In this document: positions 13,629-25,526 of the stretch, one piece after another
How positions within the stretch are numbered: position 1 is the stretch's first letter
Layout: each line of letters begins with the position of its first letter
Origin: Plasmodiophora brassicae
Taxonomy: Eukaryota
Assembly (NCBI GenBank): GCA_036867785.1
Contig: CP145426.1
Coordinates: 248,001-312,000 of the forward strand
Direction of reading: 5' to 3'
DNA: 64,000 nt
The notes under the pieces: model-generated
Database searches by the model: none
What the model saw: only the letters and a program-made list of their open reading frames with translations
Told to the model about the DNA's origin: nothing
Translations under genes and position numbers: made by a program

Positions 13629-15716
13629 ATGCATTGCGACAAGTGCCGGGCGCAGAACGATGTGCGAGCCCTGAAGCTGCCCTCCCATTGTCGGGACTGC
13701 TCGGTGCCCACCGCTCGCGGGGACACGCTGTGTCCATCATGCTCGCGGGACACGGTACGCTGCCAGTACTGCCGGTCGCATTCTGTCAGCTCATCAGGAA
13801 TGCCGGGGTCCACACCAATGCCTTCAAGCGGCCCTGCCGAACTTCAGCCAATGCCCCGGCTACACCTGCTGCAGGCCCTGTTCGACCATTACGGGAAAGA
13901 CGGCCGCATGACCGACCTTGACTTCAGGAACCTGTACAAACAGTTTAGCCACCTAGATCGCCCGAGGTGCCGGTCGCTCGTCGACATTGCATTCCAGCAG
14001 GTATGGCCGTGCCACAGCAGGTGAAGACTGGATCCGAACAATGTGATGCCAGGTATCCGGCCGACGTGGCGCATCGATCGGGTTCGAGCAATTCGTCGAC
14101 GTTTGCGACCGAGCCTCGGTCATCATGTTCGGGAAGCACGAGAACACGGACGATCTCATGTTCGACACGGAGCTCGTACCGTTACTCGCGCGAATCCGGT
14201 CGCAGAAGGGCCCGAAACGAGTTGGCAACATTCCCAGGGAAGCCGCAGATGTGCTATCATCGAACGAGCGCATGATCAGACGGGTCTACGAACAAGCATG
14301 CAGGCACGACCGGAACCTTGCCGTTGAATCATTTATGGCGTTCTGTCGGAAAGCCGGCATCCTGCCGGAACGACGGACGTTCGCCCAGCTGTCCGAGATC
14401 TTCGAGCAGTGCCACAAAGCGACGTCCAGCACGACGGGCGCATCGATGGCCGAGTTCACCGCCATGCTGGCTGCGATCGCCGACAACGACCCGATCCAGT
14501 TGCATCTCTTGCTGCTGAGAATGTCGGACCATTACTACGTGAGCTTCGACAGGATTGAAGGTGAAATACGTGTGCCAGATTCCCCGCCGAGCTCGCCTGG
14601 GCCATCAACACCGCGGAAGAAGTGGCGTGCGGCACTGGCTGCCATCTTCGACAAATACTGCCGATTAGGGGATACTGGAGGGAAGGCCACCGCCCGGATG
14701 TCGCTGTCCATGGCCCTGCGTTTCATGGCGGATTACAATTCCGTCGCCGACCAGAGGATCGTCCGTCGAGACTTCACATCCGCCCTGTGGAAGGCGCAGA
14801 GCGACCTAAACCACAGCCGGAATTGCATTCGACGAGACACGTTCATATTAGCGATGACCGATCACGCGGCCCAAGTCGCCGACGCCAATGGCAAACCTCT
14901 GCACGACGTTCTCGCTGACATTGAAGCGTCGCTCGATAAGTGCCAGCAACGTCTAGAAGGTGCCGTTCCCGATCCACAGCCGAACCCCCTGCTCGAGGAC
15001 GAAGTCTGCTCGGTCAGTGCCGGTCTTCAACGCCATTCCGGTACACGACTCATCAGGTTTGGAGAGCAGATCCTTCTGGAGAATGAACCGCACCTGCTAG
15101 AGCTGTACAAGGTAAAACGTAGGCCTCGACGTTCAGGATCAGACCTAAATTATCGTTTGTAGAAGTTCGCTGCACATTCGCAACCGCATCAGGTTGGCCT
15201 GCGTTTAACGCAGAATGACTTCGAGCGCCTGTGCGTCGCCTACCACATCATTCCAAACTTGTTGACGGCGCGGCAGCTCGCGTGGATCTGCCGCGACGTC
15301 CGAGCCGGCCGGGAAACCGATACGGGCGGCCCGCTGGACACGGACGAATTCATGGAGGCCATCGCTCGCATCTCGTCCGCCGCCTTCGCTTCAGGTACGC
15401 CTATCGTGCAGCGCGAAGCCGGCACGCCTGACGGGACAGGAGCGTAGGCGTGGTGTTAGGGCGTCGATGCAAAAAGCGGTCGGCAGGCGACCGCTTGCTA
15501 TTGCTACTCGCTTTCATCGACGAGCGGCACGGGGGCGGCATCCTGCCCCGCGACTTCGACGCCCTCGGCCTGCTGCCCAAATCCGAGTCCGACCGCGCCG
15601 CCGAGCAAACCCGGAAGGCGCGCGCCCGGCGCCTGCAGAAGCTCGAGAGGGACATGTGCGGCAGCGCGACGCCGCCCGGTCCCCATCCACCCGCGCCCCA
15701 ACCGTTACCGGAATGA
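13629..15716 (+). CDS. Protein with N-terminal 4xCxxC zinc-binding module followed by EF-hand/p25alpha-like helical repeats
   Basis: CDKC...CRDC...CPSC...CQYC at the N-terminus. Repeated units LFDHYGKDGRMTDLDF, IFDKYCRLGDTGGKATARMSL, LDTDEFMEAIARI. Exons 13629-14000, 14084-15110 and short downstream exons. Confidence 0.55.
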
Positions 15717-16056
15717 ACGTCGGCGGCACGGGCCCCCACTGGCCACTCCCAGTGACAGCAAAAAACGTCCCGATGGGCAAAACGATCCGGGTCCAACAGG
15801 ACAAATAACAACGCGGCCAGGCCGACCGTTTTCAACAGACGTCGACCGAAAAGTGGCGCCACGGGGCTCCGGACGCAGTCCGTGGCGGGTGGGCCGCGGA
15901 GCCGGCCCGGACAACGGTGCGTTCGGGAGACGTCGTGGTTGCGCGGGGCGCGCGCGCGGCGCATCCGCTTGGCGTTGTGGGCGGCACCCAGCGGCTGCCC
16001 TGTGACCGGGGGTTTGTCAGAGCGATCGTCGAGGTTCCCCCGGTGGCGTTAGGGAA

Positions 16057-16664
16057 ATGGCGTCCAGGGGCTGTGAAGGTTCCCGCACGGTCTGCCAGTA
16101 CCGGTTCCCGGAGCTCCAGGCCGTCGTCAGCGAGCTGATCGAGCAGGCCGAGAGGTTCGCCGACGAGCTCATCCAGGCCAGTAAGACGCAGCGTGAAGCG
16201 GCCACTAGTGGCGCGAAACGGCACCTGCCTAACGATGACGGCAAACCGCAGGTCAAGCGTCGATCTCGGGTGCGCGCCTGCCACTGTCGTTTCCCGTTTC
16301 GAACTGCTGACGCTTCCTTCATAGTTAAAACTGTCTGCAAAGTGCATCCTTCAAGGTATGTGGGCTGCACGTACGCTGGTCTTCGGCGTGTGGTAATGCA
16401 GGTGCATTTCCAGACTGGTTCGAGAGGAACTACGAGTACCCTTATCCGACGCGTGCTGAAAAGGTGAACCGCATACGCATGATGGGTCGCCGTGCCGGTC
16501 AGCGATTGACGCTGCCGCAGATGGCGCTCGTGGAGAAATGCGGCAAGGACGTCACGGCAAGTATGATCACGAACTGGTTCTTCAATGCACGCAAACGCGT
16601 CAACTGGCGCCAGCTTTCTGCACAGGCGGCTGCCTTGAAGGCGGAGAGGCAGCGTCCGCAATGA
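16057..16664 (+). CDS. TALE-class homeodomain transcription factor
   Basis: Splicing at 16356-16413 and 16464-16520 gives KLSAKCILQDWFERNYEYPYPTRAEKMALVEKCGKDVTASMITNWFFNARKR, with the PYP loop and the helix-3 WFxNxRKR motif. Confidence 0.85.
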
Positions 16665-17293
16665 CCTCGTTGCACCTAGCAGCACGGCGCGCGGCTCCTC
16701 TTTGTGTCTCTCTTAACCCTATCTAGTACATATTAGCAAACAGCATGTGTCCGCGCACACAGTGTTCTGGCTCGGAAGCGTTGACCTTTGGCAAGCGCTT
16801 TGTTCCACTCAAAACGTTTAAACATGCGTTCACCTCAGCTCCGAGGAGCAGGCCTTTGAGGGTGCACGAGCGGCCTCTGGAAGTTTCGCCCCGAATGGCC
16901 CTTCAGGCCAGCTCCTGTCGTTGTAATCTGGCCACGCCGGCGGCACAGCACCTCGCACCATGGCATCGACAGCGTCGCGGCCACCGACGGTGGACGGTAC
17001 GGGCGTAGCATGTCGCGAGCGCGTCAGCCCTCTGTCCATATTCCTGGACGACCTGGGCGGGTTTCCGTCCGTTTCGTCTCCTTCTGGTCCAGGCGCCTCC
17101 GTCGCGCCGTTCCGTTGTATTGGCGGGACTGCGCTGGAACGGCACCGGTTCCACGTTTAAAAGACAACCCTTTTTTCTGTTCAAGTTTCAAAACCGTCCG
17201 CGCCAACACGAACACCGCGCGCGAATGCAGTTGGCGTCGTCGCGTCGGGCGTAGCGTGACGACCATTGGGTTGTGCGGCTGGGCAGGGACGTG

Positions 17294-18006
17294 ATGTGGC
17301 AGCGGTTCCTGTCGCCGACGGCGTCGTCGTCGTCGTCGTCGCGGATCCTGTCGTCGCCGGAGATCAGGGACTACCATGGCCACGTGAAGCGGCAGGCGCT
17401 GGCGCTGCAGTTCAAGAAGCTGAAGGAGCCGCCGTCCGGCATGTATATCGTGCCGGACCTCGACCGGTCGCACGTCTGGCACGGCGTTATCTTTGTCCAC
17501 GGCGGCGTGTATGCCCGAGGGATATTCAAGTTCGTCATCGAGTTCCCGGGATCGTTTCCGGAAACGAGCCCGTAGGGCATTCGATTGCTTCCGACTCGTC
17601 GTGCTCTAACGCGTCCACAAGGACTGTCCGTTTCACGTCGCAGATGTTCCATCCGATGATCGACGCGAAGACTGGCAAGCTGGACGTATCGCTAGTCGAA
17701 ACGTTCTGGCAGCCCAATTTCGATGCGATCGTCGTCGTCAACTTCGTGAAGAAGGTCTTTTATGACACACAGTTGTGGACCGAGGACGGCAACGGGCGCG
17801 GCAATCCGGAAGCGCGAACCCTGTTCCTGCAGTCGAACAGCAAGTTCGTGGCCCGCGTGTCCAAATGCGTGTCCCTGTCTAAAGATCGCCTGTACGTCAA
17901 CGAGACGAACTCCAGCATCGAGTTCTCACGGCCGACCGAAGAGCATCAGCGAGCCTGGGACAGCGTTCAGTCTGGCGAGGACCCGCGGCAATGGCTGAGA
18001 CAGTAA
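17294..18006 (+). CDS. AKTIP/Ft1/crossbronx-like ubiquitin-conjugating enzyme variant (UEV)
   Basis: GMYIVP...WHGVIFVHGGVYARGIFKFVIEFP (intron) VRFTSQMFHPMIDAKTGKLDV. Asp occupies the E2 catalytic Cys position, as in the AKTIP family. Confidence 0.85.
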
Positions 18007-18080
18007 GGCGGGGCCCGTTCAAAATCGGAACTAAACCCGGTAGTATTCTATTCGACAGATTCGCCAGGTGCGGTTTCGGC

Positions 18081-18857
18081 TTACGGCAATGCCTCGATCA
18101 CGTTCGCGACGCCACCAACGCCGAATGCGCCCATCAGGGCGGCAGTCAGGATGTACGATGCGCGCCTCTCGCCGGCGGCAAGCAACCCGATCATGGCGCC
18201 GACGATCTGCAGAATGATGGACAGCACCATCGCCATGCGCTGCGACATGCCAAACCGCGCAGACAGAGCGGTGGCGGGTCGGTGCACCGTGAAGTAGACG
18301 AGCCCCGTCACAACGCCTGCCCATGGTCCAAGACCAACCGCCAGGCTTGCGATCGTGGACGCCGCCCCCTGGCTTGTCAGGCCGAAGCCCCAGGCGAGGA
18401 GCATGCGAAACGGGTTGTCCGTGTTTGAGCCGGCCAGGCTGTTCGCCAGCGACCTGCTAACGACGTTGGCGGCCATCAGCAGCAGGAACATGGTCGGGCC
18501 GACGATAGCACCGAGTTTCGCTGGCCACTCCACGTCGCTCTTGCATTGCGTTAGCGCACAGGACGACGAGGTTGTGCCACAGAACCCAAGGAACGCGTAC
18601 GCGAGCCCGCTGAAGATCAGCGCCCACCACGACAGTAGCCGCGAATCGTGCCGGTCAGTATGGCTCCCGACAGGGGCCGGCAGCTCGAAATCGGTCACCT
18701 CGGCAAACGCGAACGCGTCGAACCTGTTGGAGACGCCTACCACGAGCGCCTCGGGCAGCGACGGAACGCGATCCTGCGGGTCGAGCCAGTCGACAGCGGC
18801 CGCGATGGTCATGACCGCGACGAACACAAACGGCACCGTACGGCGCGCACTCGGCAT
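18081..18857 (-). CDS. Predicted multi-pass membrane protein with N-terminal signal/anchor (possibly TMEM198/DUF4203-like)
   Basis: Single ORF with a hydrophobic N-terminus (VPFVFVAVMTIAAA) and about 5-6 Gly/Ala-rich hydrophobic segments. Confidence 0.6.
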   Translation of the reverse strand: MPSARRTVPFVFVAVMTIAAAVDWLDPQDRVPSLPEALVVGVSNRFDAFAFAEVTDFELPAPVGSHTDRHDSRLLSWWALIFSGLAYAFLGFCGTTSSSCALTQCKSDVEWPAKLGAIVGPTMFLLLMAANVVSRSLANSLAGSNTDNPFRMLLAWGFGLTSQGAASTIASLAVGLGPWAGVVTGLVYFTVHRPATALSARFGMSQRMAMVLSIILQIVGAMIGLLAAGERRASYILTAALMGAFGVGGVANVIEALP

Positions 18858-19090
18858 CGGCGTGGGCCGGGACCAAAACGGCAATAATCGGCATGGGCCG
18901 AGGTGGAGGACGGGACGTCGACCCTCCCCAACAGTGGCCCATGTTCCCCGAATCGGTTACGGCCGCCCAGTGGCGCGCTGCTCCGCTTTTGGCGCCCAAC
19001 CCGGCCGGCTTTTCCGCAAAATGCAATGAGGTCCCTAGAGGTGGCGACGACTTGACCCGAGTTGACTTCAAGTCGACTCGAGTCAACTAC

Positions 19091-19274
19091 TGTTAATCGG
19101 AAGACAATAACGAAGTGAGTACGGCGTTTGCGCAACGGCACGGTGGACGTTACAGTGGCGACGTAGTCGCCGACGACGTAACGGCTGCCAACGGCGGCGA
19201 GCGCGGAGTTTCGGAGTGCGTGACGGCGTGCTGCAGGCATGTGCTGCTGGTTGTACTGGACATGTTGTTTGACA
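19091..19274 (-). mobile_element. Ty1/copia 3' LTR (about 184 bp)
   Basis: On the minus strand the RNase H end is followed by a polypurine tract GGAGGGGG and then TGTCAAAC...GATTAACA, with TGT...ACA termini. Confidence 0.7.
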
Positions 19275-19537
19275 CGCCCCCTCCAGCAGCACACGCCCTG
19301 GTACCGGTGTCGATGATGCCGGCCAGGATCAGGTTCGCGTGATAAGAAGTGCTGAGGGCGGGCTTCGTCAGGTGGTCGGCCGCCATCTCGGCGGACGGGC
19401 ACTTGTGGACCACAATCAGACCGGCCTCGACTGCCTCTATGGTGTAGTGGAACTGGACCTCGATATCCTTCGTTTGATCGTCCATCCGACGGTAGCCAGA
19501 CCAGGCCTTCGCTCCTTGGTTGTCTTCGTGTACGATC
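19275..19537 (-). pseudogene. Ty1/copia RNase H C-terminal fragment
   Basis: IVHEDNQGA...TKDIEVQFHYT...MAADHLTKP. Confidence 0.85.
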
Positions 19538-19609
19538 CTCGGATCCGGACACGCGACGTTCCCGTTCCGGTCATATCATTCTGCTGGCCGGCGGTCCCGT
19601 GCACTGGCA

Positions 19610-19902
19610 GTCGCGACGCCAGGACCTAGGCGCCGTTAAGGTTAGTCTGTCGTCAACGCACGCTGAGATCAAATCGCTCTGCGCCGTTACCCGTCAGCTG
19701 GCCTGGATCCGGTCGTTCCTGGCGGAGATCGGCTTCCCGCGTCCCGGTCCGACGATCGTACACGAAGACAACCAAGGAGCGAAGGCCTGGTCTGGCTACC
19801 GTCGGATGGACGATCGAACGAAGGATATCGAGGTCCAGTTCCACTACACCAGAGAGGCAGTCGAGGCCGGTCTGATTGTGGTCCACAAGTGCCCGTCCGC
19901 CG
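19610..19902 (+). pseudogene. Ty1/copia RNase H fragment (inverted second copy)
   Basis: VSLSSTHAEIKSL...WIRSFLAEIGF...IVHEDNQGA...RTKDIEVQFHYTRE. Confidence 0.85.
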
Positions 19903-20311
19903 CAGCAGCTTTGTCGACTTGACCGACTTGGGCTATTCTCCAAGTCGACTTGAGCGACTTGATGTTTCTACCAAGTCGACTTGAGTCGACTGGAGTCGTC
20001 AGTTTACCGTACCAGCATCCTCTGGGTGATATCAACCATTTTGCAGGCCTTCTATGGCCCTTGACATGGCCACAGGGGCGGAGCTGCCGCGCCGGGGCGC
20101 TCTGACAGCCTGCGGATCACTGCGGGCGGAGTACGGACTGGGACGTGAAACTGTAGAAGTCTCTGCCGCCTGTGCCCCCTGCGATCGCGTGTGGCTTGGC
20201 TCTCCGACCAGCGTTCAGCGGCCGTTTTCACTTGTCAGTTGTGATTTACTGATACAGAGCAACCGCTACCATCTGTCAAAATGGCGTCTCCTGCAGAGAG
20301 CAATACAGCTG

Positions 20312-21512
20312 ATGTTCGTGGTTGTGGAAGAACGTGGCAACGATGACGATCATCCGGAGTCTGAAGTTGAGGTTCGTGCGCTCAAGTCGGACGTTTGGGC
20401 ACATATCGAGGAGACTGAGGAGAGCGGCATCGTTACGTGGAGGTGCAGACATTGCAAAGCTGCTAAAATCGCGAAGGTAACGCAATCCGTCTACGTTCCA
20501 GTAAATGTACAGCCTAACCACTATTTCAGACGTGGAGAACAAAGAATACTTACACTTTCCGTGAACACCTCAAGAAGAAGCATCCTGGTGTATACCAGTC
20601 TGATGTTCGACAAACCAAACTAACGGATGGTTTCGTCAAGACGAAGCGGAAGAAACCTGATGGCGTTAAACTTGATTAGCGCTCGGCAGGACCGAATCAA
20701 TGTCAACCTACTCAATTTCATCATCAATTCTTCGCAAGCGTTCAGTATCGTCGAATAAGATGATTTCGTCGAGTTTTACGCCTCACTGGAGCCGGCTTAA
20801 TTACGAGCTTCCGTCCCGCCAGTCAATCCGCGACTGGGTACTCAAGCGATGGCAGCAGACACGGGATCGCGTTCGCGCTCTTGTGAACTCTGGTACTGAA
20901 GATCGAAAGTGCAGTATTACTACCGACATGTGGACTTCTGCTGCTAAACGAGGTATTCAAGCTTGGGTGTATTCTTTTCTCACATGTCGTTTGACGAAGC
21001 CACTACAGGATATATGGCAATTACTCTTCACTACCTGGACAACGAATGGTACATGGTATCCATTCTGATCGGGTTTGTTCGTGTGCTGTATCCACACACA
21101 GCGGGTCGTCTCGCCGCTGCCCTCTTCCGATCCATTTTCGAATTCTCTCCAGACCTACTCAAGTCGATTTGGACCATAACAACTGACAATGCTTCCACAA
21201 ATCCTGCAATGGCAATTGAGTACAACAATATGCTCTCCGACTATCTGGCGATGCGCAGTGATGAAACGAATCCCGAATCAGCTGACGACGAATACTGTGA
21301 AGGACTTCTGGACGATTCCTACGACCCTGACATTGAACCCCGCGTGTCGCTGGTGTGGTGCTTCGCCCATGTTCTCCAAGTTGCCATCAAGGACGGGCTT
21401 CAGAAGGTTGTTCCTGTGGACACCGCAATCGGCCGTATTCGTGACACCGTTAAAAAGTGACAGATTCCCGCAAGCTGTTTGAGACTTTTCAGGTATGTCC
21501 TTCGGATTCCCA
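20312..21512 (+). pseudogene. hAT (Ac-like) transposase with BED zinc finger, stop-disrupted and 3'-truncated
   Basis: SDVWAHI...CRHC...HLKKKH (BED finger); ELPSRQSI; SITTDMWTS; YMAITLHYLDNEW; ITTDNASTN; WCFAHVLQ (CxxH). In-frame stops lie near 20620-20760. Confidence 0.9.
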
Positions 21513-21600
21513 CATCGAGCACGATGTCCACCCGTCCGGCATTGAGTTCAGTGCACAAATCCTATGTAAAATGTTTTAGAATTGGACTTGGGCAAATATA

Positions 21601-21817
21601 TGGGAATCCGAAGGACATACCTGAAAAGTCTCAAACAGCTTGCGGGAATCTGTCACTTTTTTAACGGTGTCACGAATACGGCCGATTGCGGTGTCCACAG
21701 GAACAACCTTCTGAAGCCCGTCCTTGATGGCAACTTCGAGGACATGCGCGAAGCACCGCACCAGCGACACGCGGGCTTCAATGTCAGGGTCGTAGGAATC
21801 GTCCAGAAGTCCTTCAC
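21601..21817 (-). repeat. Inverted, slightly diverged copy of the hAT transposase segment 21297-21512
   Basis: Encodes CFAHVLEVAIKDGLQKVVPVDTAIGRIRDTVKK on the minus strand. Confidence 0.9.
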
Positions 21818-22370
21818 TGACGTCGAAGGGGATCTGAGATCCCCTTCGACGTCAGTAGGCCAGCAGATCTCCTTTGCTCCTACAACGCCATTTTAGCGCA
21901 GCTGGCAATAGAGATGACGTCGTCGCATAAGGGTAAGTTCGACCTGTTCCCCTGCGACGAGTCGTCCGTAGTCGAGGACGGGGGATAAGAGGACGCAGCG
22001 AGCTAGAAGCTCTGGCAAGCGGCTGCCTGGACCAAGTGTTTCCCCGTCGAACAGACGACCGTTTTCGATTGCAGCGCACACACGAAAACGTACAGAACTG
22101 GTCCATACTTGAACTCAATGCCATTGACGTGTCGCGATCGAAAACAACGTTGGAGAGCGTCGCGGGAGACTGTTCAAGTTCGAGAGCGCCTTGCTCCGGA
22201 CCCACGTTTGGCACCACGGCCTAAGGGTACTCTAGCCGAAGCGGCAGTGTCACGTGCCTGCGATATACCTAGACCATAATATGTCTGCAGGCGATAAATG
22301 TGGTACCGGGTTCTAAAGACGTGATCAGATTGCAAAAAAAAGGACGGTGGACGGTACCGAGTGGTCGACG

Positions 22371-24478
22371 ATGGCGGTGGTGACGGCGGGCTCGCCAGGC
22401 GCAGTCGACGATGCGACGATCGAGCAGTGGCATGCCGCGTACGCCAGCAACGATAAGAACCTGCTGGCGACGAACGCAGTCTGCGTGTCGGATGTGGCCG
22501 ATGTGGGTGCGCATCGTATGGGCGGGGGGCGTCACGCCCGGTCGACTCAGTGACGCTGGCGTAGGTGCTGCTGAACCGAGATTCGGTTGTCGACAATACC
22601 GACGTCGAGTTCGACCACCGCATGCAATACGATGAGGCCAAGGCGACGGATCAGAAGAGCACGGTCGGCTGCTCCGCTTCATACTCCCGGTCTGCAGGGC
22701 AACCCGTCTGACGTGTACTACTAATGGCGCAGGGTCGTTGCTGGATATTTGCGGCAACGAACGTGATTCGTCTGCACTTCATCAAGAAATTCGGGTTGAG
22801 TGACAGGTCGGCACCGGTGGCCTTTCTGAATTCGTGTCCGATGTCGTCGTGCTCAAACCCTTCGTTGCCAGTTTCGAATTCTCCCAGCCGTACCTGTTCT
22901 TCTGGGACAAGCTCGAGAAGGCAAAGTAGGAGCAACAGCGTTTGGACCTGAACGCTCCGGTGTACTTAGTATTCCCGCAATAGTTATTTCCTCGAGAGCA
23001 TCATCAAGACCCGCTCGGAACCGTTGGATTCCCGCCTGGTGCATCACCTTCTGTCGACGCCCAGTTAGTTTGTCGGTGCGATCTGCGACGCGCCATCGGT
23101 CTGATCCACGGCGCTCTCCAGTCAATGATGGCGGCCAGTACGATATGATTATTAACCTCATATCGAAACATGGTACGGTACCTGGTGCGCGTTCAGCGAA
23201 GGTCGTATCGGTGAGATCATCTCCTGTGCAGGCCTTGTTCCCAAATCCGCGTTTCCGGAATCCAAGCACAGCTGCAATTCGCGCCGCATGAACCAGATCA
23301 TTATCACAAAGCTGCGGGAGTTCGCCCAAGTGCTCCGGGACGCCAGCAAGGCCTCGGATGAGAGCGCCTTGCGTGCCATCAAGTCGAAGCAGATGTCGGA
23401 AATTTATTCAATTATGTGCATCTTCTTTGGGATCCCTCCGAAACAGTTTACGTGGTATGTGTTGTTCTCGACCTCTGCCGTGCCGCTGTCGCTCAGCACT
23501 TCCAGGTCGTTTCGCAACAAGGAAAAGAAATACGTCGAGCACCCGAAGCTGACTCCGCTTACATTTGTGGGCCAGCTGATTGACTTTGATGTCACCGATA
23601 TGGTCTCGCTGATTAGGTTGGTTTTCGTCCATGTTTGGGTCGCGTGCCGTCGCTGACTGTCGCTCCAAAGTGACCCGAGGAATCCATACTACAAGCTGTA
23701 CACTGTTGACTATCTCGGCAACGTTGTTGGAGGTCGCGATGTACGATACAGTATGATGTCGTTGTGTGCCACCCCGCTGCGTATCGTCGATTTATCTTCG
23801 TCGTTAGTTAATGTCCCCATTGAGGTCCTGAACGAACTGGCGGCGAGGTCCATCGAGGGCGGAGAGCCCGTGTGGTTTGGATGCGATGTCGGCAAGCACT
23901 TCCACCGCGAAATGCATGTCATGGATCTGGGTATGGGACGGTGACGTTTCTCATGGGATTGCGCACCTGACGCCCGCCCTCTGTCCAGGCATCTTCAATT
24001 ACAATCTCGTCTTCAACACCAAGTTTAATCAGAACCGAGAGCAACGGCTCCGCTATGGGCAGGTTCGAACTTGTCGGAGACACGCCTTTCCGCAGGTCGT
24101 TGACGCCTGAATCATTGCAGTCACTGATGACGCATGCCATGGTTTTCAACGCGTTCCATGGTGAAGTCGGCAACGTGTCGAGGTGGCGTGTGGAGAACAG
24201 CTGGAGTGACAAGAACAACAAGGTGTGTCACCTGTTTACGCTCTGCTAACGTCACTCACCCGAATCTGTTCGACAGGGGTTTGCGACGATGACCAACGAT
24301 TGGTTCAACGAATATGGTCTGCTCCGTCGTCCAGTGACAGGACGTTCACTGACCCTGTCGTCTAGTCTACCAAATTGTTGTCAACAAGTCGTTACTGTCA
24401 CCTGAAATCCTCGCGGTGTACGATCAGGTTCCCACCGTGTTGCCTCCATGGGATCCTATGGGCAGTTTAGCCAACTGA
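22371..24478 (+). CDS. BLMH: Bleomycin hydrolase / aminopeptidase C (peptidase C1B), multi-exon
   Basis: DQKST-GRCWIFA (catalytic Cys), FEFSQPYLFFWDKLEKANYFLE, DGGQYDM, VWFGCDVGK, LMTHAM (His), WRVENSW (Asn), C-terminus LPPWDPMGSLAN*. Confidence 0.95.
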
Positions 24479-24578
24479 CGTTCCTGTACAAAAAGCACAA
24501 GCGCTACTGCCCGAGGACAGAGGGCCATGCGTACACGACCAATAGACGGGGGACACCAAATGACCATGCACAGAATTA

Positions 24579-25154
24579 CTATACTGTATCAAATGCAAAC
24601 GTGACTTCATCGAAGCAGTTAACAGGTTCAGTCACCCTGAAGCCTATGCGAGTGAAAAGGTTCTGCGAAGGCACATTCCTTGACTTGATTTTGGCGATAA
24701 ACCGTGTGACCTTGAGGTGCCTGTGCGCGTAGTGCATCATTAATCGTACGGCCTCGCTAGCCAGGCCTTTTCGCCTGCTGGAAGGCACCGCAATCATAAC
24801 GTCAATCTCTGCTTCGCCCGCGTCGTGGAACTCGGTGAACACGTTGACGTCCCCGACAGGAACAAGAGCACCCGGTTCCCCCGTTTTGTCCATGACAATA
24901 AACGTGCACTTGGTCTCGTCGTTACGCCATTCCTCCTGCATCGCATATTCCTCCTCGAGCGTCAGCGGCTCCGACGCCGTCAGTTCGCGAATCTCCGGAT
25001 CCTACCGCAACGCGGGTCAGCGCACTCATTCAGGTACGACGGTGTCAATCGCGCTAACCTGCATCCATGCATGGTATACGGCGACATGCTCCACCCTGTA
25101 CGGCACGAGGACCACCTGCTGGCCTTCAAGCACCGTGTTCTCGTTCAGGCGCAT
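24579..25154 (-). CDS. NAT9: N-acetyltransferase 9-like GNAT protein
   Basis: MRLNENTVLEGQQVVLVPYRVEHVAVYHAWMQ (intron) DPEIRELTASEPLTLEEEYAMQEEW...KCTFIV...GDVNVF...EIDVMIA...RRKGLA. Confidence 0.9.
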
Positions 25155-25526
25155 GACGTTGCGCAGTCCGTGGAGCTGCGGGACAGACAGTCACGACGGG
25201 GCCTACCTAACGCGTTCCTAAGAACGGGGGAACCACGGCAACCATCGATATCGCCTTGCGTACAACGTATAGTGCCTGGCACGTTTATACGTACAGATGA
25301 CAATTGCATCATCACCGACCGGGTGTCGTGCTGCAGCCGTGGCGGCCACAGGTTCCACGTGTACCGTGATGGAGGCGAAACGCGCTCTGTGGTGGCAGCT
25401 CCTGGTGTGCAGCAGCAGTAGCAGCAGCGCCCGTCGTGTCGGTCATTCGGGGAACGCAGCGGGCGAGCGTGGCGTCGGCCCCGCCCAACCACTGGTGATG
25501 GTGGCGCGGGGTGCGCGACTCCGCCG

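Larger units (their letters stand above)
19036..21512 (+). mobile_element. hAT DNA transposon, 5' part, interrupted by copia fragments
   Basis: Candidate terminus TAGAGGTGGCGACGACTTG at 19036. GTCGACTT/GACTTG subterminal repeats occur at 19047-19088 and resume at 19912-20000. Transposase follows. Confidence 0.65.

Noticed and set aside
19912-20000. Short GTCGACTTG repeats as a CRISPR array
   Set aside because: Repeats are short and irregularly spaced, the context is eukaryotic and there are no cas genes; they fit transposon subterminal repeats.
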